Counted from the stretch's first letter, positions 7,947 to 17,524 are shown. The stretch is DNA of 64,000 nt from Parcubacteria group bacterium GW2011_GWC1_36_108 (GCA_000991245.1 LBRD01000001.1:5467-69466), one strand, 5' to 3'. The notes: a model not told the origin generated them from the sequence alone. Numbers and translations: made by a program.

Positions 7947-10900
7947 TTATCCATTAACAATTTCTTCGAGTTTCCAAAAACGACTGCCGCCTTTTTCAAT
8001 CAACTCATTTATCAATTCCGAAACTGCCAACTTCGTTGCATCATTTTTGTATAAAATTTCAAAAGCCCTGACGAAATCATTCACATAGATCATATTTCTA
8101 AATGATTCCGATTTTTTGAGACAGTACTCCAATAAATAAGCTTTCAGTATTCTCAATGTTTCTTGCGGTGCTTGCTCAGCAAGAATTGGCACAGACTTGA
8201 TCAAGCCATAATCCCAATCTGTTTCGCCTTTGCTTTTCTCAAGAGTTTCGGCAATGTGATCCGCAAGCCATTTGGAATCGGCAAAAACATTTTGTTCCTT
8301 GTCCACCCAAAAGCCAAAACCAGCAAAAACTTCTTCATTTTCAACATTCTTAAGTGTCCAATCCCAAAGGTCTTTTATTTTTTGCACATCAACTTTGCTC
8401 TCTTTGATGATAGTGGTTGCATTGGCGTTTGAAACAATATGCCTACCAACAAAAGAAATAGATTCTTTTTGCCTTGTCGTGTTTTGATTTTTCCAAAACA
8501 TTTCAAACAACTTTGAGCCTATTTTGAAATCAGGAAAATGAACATACGCAAGTGCCAAATGAGTTGCCAAACCTTCATCAATATTTTTGAAGTATTTTCT
8601 ATCAGTATAAATTTTCGAATCAAGCTGGATTGCTCTTTCATACAAATCCTCAAATTGAACGAACATGTCTCCATAGATATTGGCAGAAAGATACCCTTCC
8701 CAGGCTGCAAGATACAAATCAAATTTATCACCATCTTTTGAAAATATTTTTGGCATCAAAGAAGCAATCCATTTTTTGTCTCTATAATAAAAAGACGGTA
8801 AATAATGTCCAAACAAAAACATGATCGCAAAAGTCTTCTCCCTTTCCAGTGTCTCTTCAAAAATTTCCTTAACTTCTTTGGAAATTTCTTTTTCTGAAGA
8901 ATTTTCTCCCTCACGATAGACAAAAAGCACCAACGCCTGAAAAGCTCTTCCACGAACTGAATTTATGGCAACAAAGAAAGGTTCGCTTTCCTCCTCAGTA
9001 TTCCTTTCAAGACCGGGATTTTGATGTGCGAGGAGATGTTTGATGACAAACAATAATTGTTCGTGATGTTTTGAAAAATCAATTGTTGTTTGAGTTTTTC
9101 CTTCTCCCAGCAATTCTTTGATGACATCAGACATTGAATAGAAAACTGATTTCCAGCCAACAAGCCAGGCATCAAACTCTTGACGCCTATCATTCTCTTC
9201 AGGAAAATTTTCATCCGCATCTGATTTGACAATGTTTTCAATCAAAATCAGCAACTTTCCAAAATCAACATTTTCTTTTTCAACTTTATTTTCTCGCAAA
9301 ACATCATACACACCTTGCAAAAATGAATGAGTGTAGTGCTGATCCAAAACATCTCGATTGAAAAACAGCTCTGCAGAATCAATATATTCCTCAAATCTTT
9401 GAGTGATGTCTTGTTTGAGCAAGTTTCCCATTCCTTCCGCATTCAAAGGATTCATGAAATCTTTTTCGGTGTCCATAGCTTGAAGATTTTTCGGCGACCA
9501 TATTTCACAAAGATTTGAAACTATTTCCGAAACTTTAAATTTTTGCAAATCTTCCAGGGTTATTGGAGCTTTTGCAGAAATGAATCCTGCCATCCCGTTT
9601 GAAACAATGCTTGGCTCCGGCTGAAACTCTTCTGCGATTTTGCCTTCCAACTTTTCCTCGGCTATGTTTTTTTCATTTGCATCAAGCTCAAAAAAAACGC
9701 AGGAAAGAATTTCACGTCCTTTAACTTTGTGCCAAAATTCATCTTTTTCATCCTCTCTTTTTTTGCCGAAATATTCAATGACATTTTTGATAAATTGTCT
9801 TTTATCCTCATTTAAAAGTACAGAAAAACCTCTTTTCAAAGCCTGCTCATATTCAGCTCCGAAAATCAAATCATAACCATTCTTGTTTTCCTCAAAAAAT
9901 CTAAAAAAGGCTTTTTTCAACTCCGCTTGGAAAATTTGAGGATGAAGACTGAGCACAAACAAACTGAAACGCCACATTGAACGACTGAGTGGCAAAGTTT
10001 CAGCATACTCAGCATACATCCTTTTCATTTTTTCTGGCTCGGCATAATTTTTTGCAAACAATCTTTCAATGAGTTTTTTCATCACAGCAGTCAAGTTCTT
10101 CACATCATCGCGATATGAAGAATGCCTGTCATCTTCAAGTTCAAGTGTGAAAAAATCAACATCAAAAAGTCCAAAGCTATCCTCCACCTCAAAAATCTCG
10201 TTTTTGCTTTTTCTTTTTTTATTTGGGACAATTTTTTTCATCACATCCAAAACAAGTTTCAAAGCCTCTTCCAAATTTTCATCGTCAATTTCAGTCAAAT
10301 GTTTGAAAATTTCAATTTCACCAAGATCCCTAAAATAGAACGGGTTTTCCATGCCAAAAGTTTCTTTTTCACTCGCAACTTCTTTAGGGCGGACAGCCAG
10401 AACAGATTCAGTCAAAATCAAGAAATTTTTCCAATCTTTTGCTTCGGCAAGTTTTTCAAGCATTTGCTGATATTCAAAACCGAAATTGTTGAATTTTTTC
10501 ATCAATTGGATCCATTTTTCATCTCTGATCTTCAAAACCATTCTGACAAGTTGCTCTTTTGGCAAGGAACTGCAGATATATGCAAAGCTATTGATGACTT
10601 CCGGATTGAAATTTTCATCGGAAATTGGAACATCGAGCATGAAGTTGACAACACCAGCGGGGTCTTGTTCTGAGATATTCACAAGATATTGCAACTCTGG
10701 CAGAGTGTAGGAATATTGATTTTTGTCATTTACAGTTTTTTTCACTGCATCCAGAAATCCATTTTTGTGCAAAAATTTTAACCAATTTTTATCAGCTTTA
10801 TTAAAAAAATAGTCTTGAGCATCAACATTTGATTTTAAGATCAATTCCAAATCATTCTTTATTTGTTTTGTTTTTCCAGAAAGTTTTTCCTGAATAATTA

Positions 10901-11474
10901 AATCAATAACATTATGAATGTATATTTGCTGGAAACCGAAAGATTTATTGAGAACATTAATAGCATTTTGCATTAATTCTTCAAACTCACTGTGATCATC
11001 TAAGCTAACAAACTCCTTTTCCGAAAGACATCCTAGATTTACACCATGATGCGCAATATCTGACATTTTCCTATATATTATATCAAGATTTTTAAAAGTA
11101 TCTATAAATTCTCTGTTAAATTTTTTGCCTTCACTCTTTTCATCTGTAGCATAACAATTAAATAATTTTATCAAGTTATAATTTACATTTTTACCAATAA
11201 GAGGAAAAAGAACTTCCCTCATGGAATTTGCAGCCTGACTCATCCAATCAGGATTCGATCTACATTCCAATCTAATTGCATAAAAAGCCCCCTTAATCAA
11301 ATCAGAAGGTTTTCTCCCTATATGTTTTTTAGGATAACTATTATAAAAACTATCTATCTTGTTACATAGTTCACTCACATTTGATCCAGGAATAACTGGG
11401 GACAAAACAAAATCACCATAAGAAACAAGGCTTGATGTTTTTTTATTTTCTATATGTTTTTTGTTATTTCCCAT
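7947..11474 (-). CDS. Large (1175 aa) protein of unknown function, predominantly alpha-helical and acidic/lysine-rich. Candidate defence-island protein.
   Basis: Long uninterrupted ORF with consistent codon usage. No Walker A and no obvious catalytic motif. The N-terminal ~150 aa contain RKMSDIAHH (Rx6H, HEPN-like, speculative). Confidence 0.6.
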   Translation of the reverse strand: MGNNKKHIENKKTSSLVSYGDFVLSPVIPGSNVSELCNKIDSFYNSYPKKHIGRKPSDLIKGAFYAIRLECRSNPDWMSQAANSMREVLFPLIGKNVNYNLIKLFNCYATDEKSEGKKFNREFIDTFKNLDIIYRKMSDIAHHGVNLGCLSEKEFVSLDDHSEFEELMQNAINVLNKSFGFQQIYIHNVIDLIIQEKLSGKTKQIKNDLELILKSNVDAQDYFFNKADKNWLKFLHKNGFLDAVKKTVNDKNQYSYTLPELQYLVNISEQDPAGVVNFMLDVPISDENFNPEVINSFAYICSSLPKEQLVRMVLKIRDEKWIQLMKKFNNFGFEYQQMLEKLAEAKDWKNFLILTESVLAVRPKEVASEKETFGMENPFYFRDLGEIEIFKHLTEIDDENLEEALKLVLDVMKKIVPNKKRKSKNEIFEVEDSFGLFDVDFFTLELEDDRHSSYRDDVKNLTAVMKKLIERLFAKNYAEPEKMKRMYAEYAETLPLSRSMWRFSLFVLSLHPQIFQAELKKAFFRFFEENKNGYDLIFGAEYEQALKRGFSVLLNEDKRQFIKNVIEYFGKKREDEKDEFWHKVKGREILSCVFFELDANEKNIAEEKLEGKIAEEFQPEPSIVSNGMAGFISAKAPITLEDLQKFKVSEIVSNLCEIWSPKNLQAMDTEKDFMNPLNAEGMGNLLKQDITQRFEEYIDSAELFFNRDVLDQHYTHSFLQGVYDVLRENKVEKENVDFGKLLILIENIVKSDADENFPEENDRRQEFDAWLVGWKSVFYSMSDVIKELLGEGKTQTTIDFSKHHEQLLFVIKHLLAHQNPGLERNTEEESEPFFVAINSVRGRAFQALVLFVYREGENSSEKEISKEVKEIFEETLEREKTFAIMFLFGHYLPSFYYRDKKWIASLMPKIFSKDGDKFDLYLAAWEGYLSANIYGDMFVQFEDLYERAIQLDSKIYTDRKYFKNIDEGLATHLALAYVHFPDFKIGSKLFEMFWKNQNTTRQKESISFVGRHIVSNANATTIIKESKVDVQKIKDLWDWTLKNVENEEVFAGFGFWVDKEQNVFADSKWLADHIAETLEKSKGETDWDYGLIKSVPILAEQAPQETLRILKAYLLEYCLKKSESFRNMIYVNDFVRAFEILYKNDATKLAVSELINELIEKGGSRFWKLEEIVNG

Positions 11475-11636
11475 TATAATTTTTCGCTAAATCATATAGA
11501 GCTTACGAAATATTTACACACCTAATAATATTGGTACTGTTGGAATCTTTTCCGTACAAAGTTTTATTGAGAGAACCTTCGACTTTGCACCATCCTAAAT
11601 TTATTTCAAAATCTGAAATAAATTTTTATTTTACAT

Positions 11637-11659
11637 TGTTACGTAGCATGTTACATGGT
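11637..11659. repeat. Degenerate TACGTA palindrome (GTTACGTAGCATGTTACATGG)
   Basis: Partial match to the 26-nt palindrome family, 3' of the 11659-12369 gene. Confidence 0.35.
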
Positions 11660-12369
11660 TACTTTTTTTCTGAATATTTTTTCATAAAATATTTTCCCTT
11701 TTCGGTAAGATTAAATTTTTCACTTCCACTACTATTTGGCACTATTTCAATAAGTTCATGTGTGTCACAATAAACTTTTATACCAAGAGGAATATCACTC
11801 GCCCATCTGTTTCCTTCATAATATGTCTGACGAATTGAATCAAAAGAATTAAAATAATTTGAACCTTTAAAAATTTCGTATTCATCATCCCAAGCTTCTT
11901 CTTGGGACTTTTCTGATTTTATTTTCTTTACAGCTGTTTCTTTTTTAAGGACTTTTTCCTCCGCTTCTAATTTTATTTCTTCTGCTTGAAACTTCTTACC
12001 CTCCAATTTAAGGAAATCCTCTTCTTTTTTTAATTTTACAGTTTTAATATCATATTCATACTCCAAAGATTTTAGATAGTATTTTTTTGTTATTTTTGGT
12101 AGCCAAAATACGACTAGGTATGAAAACAAAAATGGAGTAAATAAACTATAAGCAATTGACCACAAATGACTTACGGGATAAAAAGTCAAAAGATAGTCGA
12201 TTTTCAAAACAGATTTTGACTGCATCAAAAGATCAGAATCGACAAAAAAAGTTACATACCAAACCCTCCAATTCCATACCAGCCAAGATGCAATAAATGC
12301 ACCCCAGAATGGACTAACTAATTTTTCGCCCAGGTTTTTCTCTAATGATTTTTTTGCTTCATCAAACAT
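11659..12369 (-). CDS. Hypothetical membrane-anchored protein with coiled-coil (K/E-rich) linker and a C-terminal globular domain
   Basis: 236 aa with two N-terminal TM segments and a KLEGKKFQAEEIKLEAEEKVLKKE coiled-coil. Unknown family. Sits immediately upstream, on the same strand, of the 1175-aa gene. Confidence 0.45.
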   Translation of the reverse strand: MFDEAKKSLEKNLGEKLVSPFWGAFIASWLVWNWRVWYVTFFVDSDLLMQSKSVLKIDYLLTFYPVSHLWSIAYSLFTPFLFSYLVVFWLPKITKKYYLKSLEYEYDIKTVKLKKEEDFLKLEGKKFQAEEIKLEAEEKVLKKETAVKKIKSEKSQEEAWDDEYEIFKGSNYFNSFDSIRQTYYEGNRWASDIPLGIKVYCDTHELIEIVPNSSGSEKFNLTEKGKYFMKKYSEKK

Positions 12370-12372
12370 ATT

Positions 12373-13125
12373 TTAAATTTTTTGAAAAATAAACAGATGC
12401 TCATGCATAATCAAGAGAAAATTGCTTTCTTGAGATCGTTTTACCCAAAAGCCGGTCGCTTTACAGTTGTGTTGTTTTTTAATAATATCCTCTTTCAACA
12501 TAAAACCTTGCTTCAAAAATCTCTCCATAACTTTAAATGCTAAGGGTTGATACATTTTTTCTCTTCTGGTATCCCCCATCAAAATTGCACAATATTTTCC
12601 TTTTTTCAAAACTCGAAATAATTCACTGGCAACTTTTTCAATTTCATCACAAAATTCATCCAGACTATGAATGCCAGATAAATCTTCTTTAATTTTTCCT
12701 TCGCTATATTTTATAATATCAACATATGGTGGATGAGTAAGAACAAAGTCTATTTCTTCATTCTTGATGAAGGTCATATTGCGAGCGTCACATTTTATTA
12801 TTCGTTGCTTGGATTTATTTTCAACCTCAAATTCCAAGGATTTTCTTGTACGTTCCAGTGCTTCTTCATTAACATCAACACAAGTGATATGACGATTTAA
12901 TATTTTTGCCTCTATTGCAGTCGTTCCACCACCAATCATGCAATCAAGAATGTGATCACTTTCTTTTGAATAACGCAGGATTAAATTACGTACCACTTCT
13001 GGCGCCCAGTTTCCACGCCAATCAGATTTATGTGTCGCCCAATTTCCACGACGTGGAAATGACCATACCGTTGTGCATTCTAAATCAAATTCGTCGGGAT
13101 GCAATTTGATATCTTTTTTGTTCAT
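12373..13125 (-). CDS. Site-specific DNA methyltransferase, N4/N6 class (PF01555-like, DpnA/MboIC-like)
   Basis: WSFPRRGNWATH...NWAPEVVRNLI (FP/HPA-FP region), DCMIGGGTT (AdoMet motif I) and LTHPPYVDI (motif IV, a DPPY variant). Confidence 0.8.
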   Translation of the reverse strand: MNKKDIKLHPDEFDLECTTVWSFPRRGNWATHKSDWRGNWAPEVVRNLILRYSKESDHILDCMIGGGTTAIEAKILNRHITCVDVNEEALERTRKSLEFEVENKSKQRIIKCDARNMTFIKNEEIDFVLTHPPYVDIIKYSEGKIKEDLSGIHSLDEFCDEIEKVASELFRVLKKGKYCAILMGDTRREKMYQPLAFKVMERFLKQGFMLKEDIIKKQHNCKATGFWVKRSQESNFLLIMHEHLFIFQKI

Positions 13126-13934
13126 TATTTTATTTCTAAAATATATTTTTTGCTTTTTACTATTTTCATTTCATTACTAAGACCTTTTTTGTTGTGCTCT
13201 AAGTCGTATGCCCAATATTCAATTCCTCGATTATTTGTTTGCGCAAGCAACACCAGTGAATGCACTTTTTTATGCTGTAAAAGTTTTTCCCATTTTAGCA
13301 GTGGAATCAATGCCTGATTAATATCAAAATTTTCCTGATTAAATGAACTCTTCATCTCTACAATAACTACAGTATCTGGCCATTCAAAACCACCATCTAT
13401 TTCAATTTGAGCTTTGGACATGTCTATATCGGAAGTTCCCACAACAAGATGAACAGCAGCTCGTTGACGACCACCCGTAAATAAAATTCCTGCTTTACCC
13501 AATTCGTAGAAATCTGAAATAATACCTGAGTAATTAGCAATTGCCAACAATGTAGTTTCTCCAGGATTAGTATTCCGACTCATTGTATCCCTAACGCCAA
13601 CTATCATACCGTCTGTTAACTTATTTTTTGGTTGAAAAATAATTTCCTCATCTGGTTTTATAAATTTAACGCTCTCAGTATGCAATATAAGTTTCCACTT
13701 TTGACGACTCAAGGGTATCTTAGCTACGCTCCTTTTCTTAACAGCTTTAATTTTTTCACTTCCGTAATGGAAAATACGTATTTCTCCTTGTCCTGATTTT
13801 TTGTATTTTGATAAAAATGGTTCAAGATCTTCCCTGCTATATTCAACTACATCATTTCCATCTGGACGATTATCCCAGAATTTTTTAAGAAACTTCTCCC
13901 AAGCTGCTTCTTTCCATGAATCTTTATTGGCCAT
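13125..13934 (-). CDS. Candidate PD-(D/E)xK nuclease (possible restriction endonuclease)
   Basis: SDIDMS...WPDTVVIVEMK resembles the D...(D/E)xK catalytic core. Its start overlaps the MTase stop (ATGA). No closer family assignment is possible by eye. Confidence 0.4.
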   Translation of the reverse strand: MANKDSWKEAAWEKFLKKFWDNRPDGNDVVEYSREDLEPFLSKYKKSGQGEIRIFHYGSEKIKAVKKRSVAKIPLSRQKWKLILHTESVKFIKPDEEIIFQPKNKLTDGMIVGVRDTMSRNTNPGETTLLAIANYSGIISDFYELGKAGILFTGGRQRAAVHLVVGTSDIDMSKAQIEIDGGFEWPDTVVIVEMKSSFNQENFDINQALIPLLKWEKLLQHKKVHSLVLLAQTNNRGIEYWAYDLEHNKKGLSNEMKIVKSKKYILEIK

Positions 13935-13968
13935 AATATAATTTATTTATTATTTCTTGTTTTGGTAA

Positions 13969-14835
13969 TTACCACGCTAATTCTTCAAGAGATCCCTGCT
14001 CTACCATTTGCAAATTGAAAACATATTCATTGTTGTTATATGTTTCTTCGAGTGGTCTTTTTGTTGTGTGCCAACCAAGTCCATCAGTAACCCAAACAAA
14101 ATCAATGCCCTGTTCTTTCAGTTCTCTATAAAGATCTTTAAACTCTCCACAAACTGCTTTCAATTTTGAACCGCCGCCATTGTAAAAATTAACTTCAAAC
14201 AATTTAATTTTTTTATTTTCAGGATTAAATACGGCGAAGTCAAAACTTCTTTCTGATTTATTTACCTTAACTTCGACACCCCACTTATTGCGAATTTCCG
14301 TAGAGCTTGCCTGCGCTATGTATTCAAAACCTTTTTGTTCACATAATTTGCCAATATGAGATTCAACTATTTTCTCCATTAGTGACCCTCCGCGATTTTT
14401 TCTGCCGTTGCTATCCAGTCCAACTTCAACACCAATAACATAATCAACAAGATTTTTAATTCCCTCTTTTTTAAAAAGGTTTATCAAGCCAGTTCTCTCA
14501 AGAAACATATAATACTTTTCAAAATTATCAACGCCAGCTTCATTATTCTTAAAATCAAAGATTTCAAAACTCCCATCACTTAATTCAAATATCTCTAACT
14601 GCTTTTCCCTTACTGCCAATAAGACTGGAAAAGCCTTAACTACGTCAGAATTAGTTTCGTATAATGTTTTAAATTCCGCCTTCAAATCCTCTTTTCCCAA
14701 AAGATAATTTAATTTATTCAGAATAATTTCCATCTCCGAACTATTTGTAAAAACCTTTTCCCAATTTACAAAATATTCCCATGTTTTAATTGAGTTTTTT
14801 AATGTATCTACTAAATTTTGAAAGTCTTTCTGCAT
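13969..14835 (-). CDS. Type II restriction endonuclease, DpnII/MboI family (GATC-specific family)
   Basis: 288 aa. NLVDYVIGVEVGLDSNGRKNRGGSLMEKIV, EVNFYNGGGSKLK and WVTDGLGW closely match my recollection of R.DpnII (NLVDYVTGVEVGMDTNGRKNRTGDAMENIV, EVNFYSGSGSKL, WITDGQGW). Adjacent to a Dam-class MTase. Confidence 0.65.
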   Translation of the reverse strand: MQKDFQNLVDTLKNSIKTWEYFVNWEKVFTNSSEMEIILNKLNYLLGKEDLKAEFKTLYETNSDVVKAFPVLLAVREKQLEIFELSDGSFEIFDFKNNEAGVDNFEKYYMFLERTGLINLFKKEGIKNLVDYVIGVEVGLDSNGRKNRGGSLMEKIVESHIGKLCEQKGFEYIAQASSTEIRNKWGVEVKVNKSERSFDFAVFNPENKKIKLFEVNFYNGGGSKLKAVCGEFKDLYRELKEQGIDFVWVTDGLGWHTTKRPLEETYNNNEYVFNLQMVEQGSLEELAW

Positions 14836-14849
14836 AAATATAGACTTTT

Positions 14850-15821
14850 TTAATAATTGATTACGACAACCTCCTTAATTTTTCCTCTTCCTGTGCCTTT
14901 TGAATTTATTGAACGTCCAGCGTCAACAGTGTGAATTTTTATTTTTTTGCCTAGTCCAGAATATAATTCATTAATAAGTGGCGTATCAGAATTTGAAAGC
15001 ATAACATAGCAACCTCTCTTGTGGAGTTCCATAAAGGCATCCTTCAATTCTATTTGTTGTTTTTCAAGAAATCCCTCCTTGGTATAACTCGTAAAACTAG
15101 AAGTTGCATTAACAGGATAATAAGGCGGATCAAAATAAACAAAATCTCCTTTTTTTGCTTTTTCTAAAACTTTTCCATAATCCTGATGCAAAATTTTGGT
15201 ATGTTTCATTGCATCATGGGCTTTCCGCAAATTTTCTTCATCACAAATAAGTGGATTTTTATTATCCCCAAATGGAACATTGAATTGACCACTACTATTA
15301 ACACGAAACATCCCATTGAAACAAGTTCTATTCAGATATATAAAACGAGCAGCAACATCAACATCAGAAAGTTTTTTAAAATCTTGCGCACGAACTTTGA
15401 GAAAATATTCTTTATTATTTTTCTTTTGATGTTCTTTTAATTTTTTTATTAATCCTTCAACATCATTTTTAATAACATTATAAGTTGTTACTAATTCGGC
15501 ATTCATATCAGACAAAACAGCTTTTTTTGGCAACAAATCAAAAAACATTGCCCCACCACCGACAAAAGGCTCAAAGTAAGTTGCAGTTTTCGGATCAAAG
15601 TCATAGGGCGGATATAAATCTCTCTCCCTAAATTGTTTGAGTAATTGCCTTTTTCCTCCAACCCACTTTACAAACGGTTTTGGATTTTCATCTTTAAATT
15701 CTTTGTACGCCGATATGATATTTTCAGCTGATGCATTTTTAAGGTTCGACATAAAAACCCGCAGATGAATTGGATGGATATTTAAACTGACGGCTATATC
15801 TTGTATTATTTTTTGTGTCAT
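14850..15821 (-). CDS. DNA adenine methyltransferase, Dam/D12 class (DpnM/MboIA-like)
   Basis: FVKWVGGKRQLL, FEPFVGGGAMFF (motif I) and YFDPPYYP (DPPY). About 40 aa of N-terminal extension. Confidence 0.85.
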   Translation of the reverse strand: MTQKIIQDIAVSLNIHPIHLRVFMSNLKNASAENIISAYKEFKDENPKPFVKWVGGKRQLLKQFRERDLYPPYDFDPKTATYFEPFVGGGAMFFDLLPKKAVLSDMNAELVTTYNVIKNDVEGLIKKLKEHQKKNNKEYFLKVRAQDFKKLSDVDVAARFIYLNRTCFNGMFRVNSSGQFNVPFGDNKNPLICDEENLRKAHDAMKHTKILHQDYGKVLEKAKKGDFVYFDPPYYPVNATSSFTSYTKEGFLEKQQIELKDAFMELHKRGCYVMLSNSDTPLINELYSGLGKKIKIHTVDAGRSINSKGTGRGKIKEVVVINY

Positions 15822-15909
15822 ATTTTTATTTTAAACTCTTACAGTGATATTATATCATTCAATAGGTTCGAACACAACTGTGGATAACTTATTTTTCAAA
15901 AATAAAACC

Positions 15910-15935
15910 TTGTTACGTAACATGCTACGTAACAA
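15910..15935. repeat. TACGTA palindrome TTGTTACGTAACATGCTACGTAACAA
   Basis: 26-nt near-perfect palindrome between the Zn-ribbon gene and the Dam MTase. Confidence 0.5.
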
Positions 15936-16029
15936 CATCAATTGACTTATGCCCCATTATCTCATAATCCCCCCACTTAATCAATTAAATAAAACAAAGA
16001 AAAGACCGGCTGAATTGCCAGTCTTTTGC

Positions 16030-16218
16030 CTATTTTCTACCTCCTCTTTTTTCAACCTCCCCATCTTTCAATTCTTTGCCAGACCAGCGTCCAAAACGTG
16101 CGCCACAATCTTGGCAGACAATTTCACTCACGCCGTCATAATACTCAGGATGCATCATGTCATATTCCACCATGATAATATTTTCACTTCCGCACTTTTT
16201 ACATTTTTCGTTTTCCAT
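16030..16218 (-). CDS. Small zinc-ribbon protein (62 aa)
   Basis: CKKCGS...CQDCGARF: two CxxC pairs. Lysine/Glu-rich tail. Confidence 0.5.
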   Translation of the reverse strand: MENEKCKKCGSENIIMVEYDMMHPEYYDGVSEIVCQDCGARFGRWSGKELKDGEVEKRGGRK

Positions 16219-16231
16219 ATTATTTTCAATT

Positions 16232-17296
16232 TTATTTTTTCACCATCCTATATCTTGTTGCCCTTCCCATCCCAATGCGCCTGATCAGTCCATGTTCAAG
16301 CAATCTTGCCACGGATTTTTTTATGGTTGGCAATGGAATGTCGGCCAAGTTTTTTTTGATTTCAGCCACGCCCAATTCAACCTCAACATTGCCAAACAAA
16401 TCAAAAATTTTCTTTTGCACCTCAGAAAGCAAACTTTCTGGATCATTTCCTTTGAGCAAGTCTATCGCTTTTTTTGATTGAATCAAGATGCAGTCCAAGA
16501 AAAAATTAATCCACGGATCAATATTCTCATCAGTAGTCTTGTGATTTTTTTGTGTTTCCCTTAGAGCCAAATAGTATTCCGACTGTTTATCTTCAATGAT
16601 TTCTTCCAGGGAAACATATGGGACATGCAAATATCCAGCCTGGAGCATCATAAGATTTGTCAATGCGCGAGAAAGTCGCCCATTCCCATCTTCAAATGGA
16701 TGGATTGCGAGAAATTCAAAAATGAAATTTGCAATCATCACCAGAGGATGCATTTCTTTTTTTCCCTGATTTTCCTTGAGCCACTCCAAAGCATCATCCA
16801 TCTCTTTTTTCACAAGCCATGGAGGCGTTGGATTGAAAAGAATTTTCTTAACTTCTCCATTTTGAACAATTGCAACTGTGTTTTCTTTCTTTTTGTATTT
16901 TCCTCTATGCAATTTGTCTTTTTCAGAAAACTCAAGCATGATTTCATGGAGTTGCAAAATTCTGTTTTCAGTTATTTTCAGCGAATCATGATGATCAAAA
17001 ATTCTTCCAAGCAAATCAGCATAACCAGCAACTTCCTGCTCATCTCTGTTTTTTGGAACCAGCTGTTTTATGCCACGCAAAAATCTGTCCACTTGCTGGT
17101 CAGTCATTTTTGAACCCTCAATACGCGTGGATGATCCCGTGCTAGTGATAATCACTGAACGCTTAAGTTGACCCAATATTCTTGGATTCAATGCTAGTGA
17201 TCCCTTCCATTGCCCTTTCATTTCATCAATCTTGGTAATTTTGAGCAAAATCTCATTGGAAAGCCTTATTCTTTTGTCTAGTCTGTCTTTTTTCAT
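16232..17296 (-). CDS. Fic family protein (class II, intramolecular inhibitory motif) with C-terminal winged helix
   Basis: Fic motif HPFEDGNGRLSRA. STRIEGS inhibitory (S/T)xxxE(G/N) motif upstream. C-terminal HTH-like tail. Confidence 0.85.
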   Translation of the reverse strand: MKKDRLDKRIRLSNEILLKITKIDEMKGQWKGSLALNPRILGQLKRSVIITSTGSSTRIEGSKMTDQQVDRFLRGIKQLVPKNRDEQEVAGYADLLGRIFDHHDSLKITENRILQLHEIMLEFSEKDKLHRGKYKKKENTVAIVQNGEVKKILFNPTPPWLVKKEMDDALEWLKENQGKKEMHPLVMIANFIFEFLAIHPFEDGNGRLSRALTNLMMLQAGYLHVPYVSLEEIIEDKQSEYYLALRETQKNHKTTDENIDPWINFFLDCILIQSKKAIDLLKGNDPESLLSEVQKKIFDLFGNVEVELGVAEIKKNLADIPLPTIKKSVARLLEHGLIRRIGMGRATRYRMVKK

Positions 17297-17524
17297 ATAT
17301 ATTCAGATATATCCAATTGTATACGATAATATCCATAAAGTCAAGCTTTTGCTGTGCACATTTTTTTGATTTTTTGTGCATAATTGTCAAGATGTACACA
17401 ATATGTGTGCTAAGTTCTACTTTATGCTCAAATAAGCCATTTTTGTGACAATCACATGATCAATTACTTCAATTCCCAGAATCTTCCCTGCTTCAATAAG
17501 CTGCTTAATAATTGCAAGAATAAA

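Noticed and set aside
8163-10710. Multiple 60-180-aa ORFs on the + strand inside 7947-11474 (e.g. 10122-10673, 9640-9876)
   Set aside because: Antisense shadows of the long 1175-aa ORF. AT-rich codon runs (F/I/K/N-rich products) and no RBSs.
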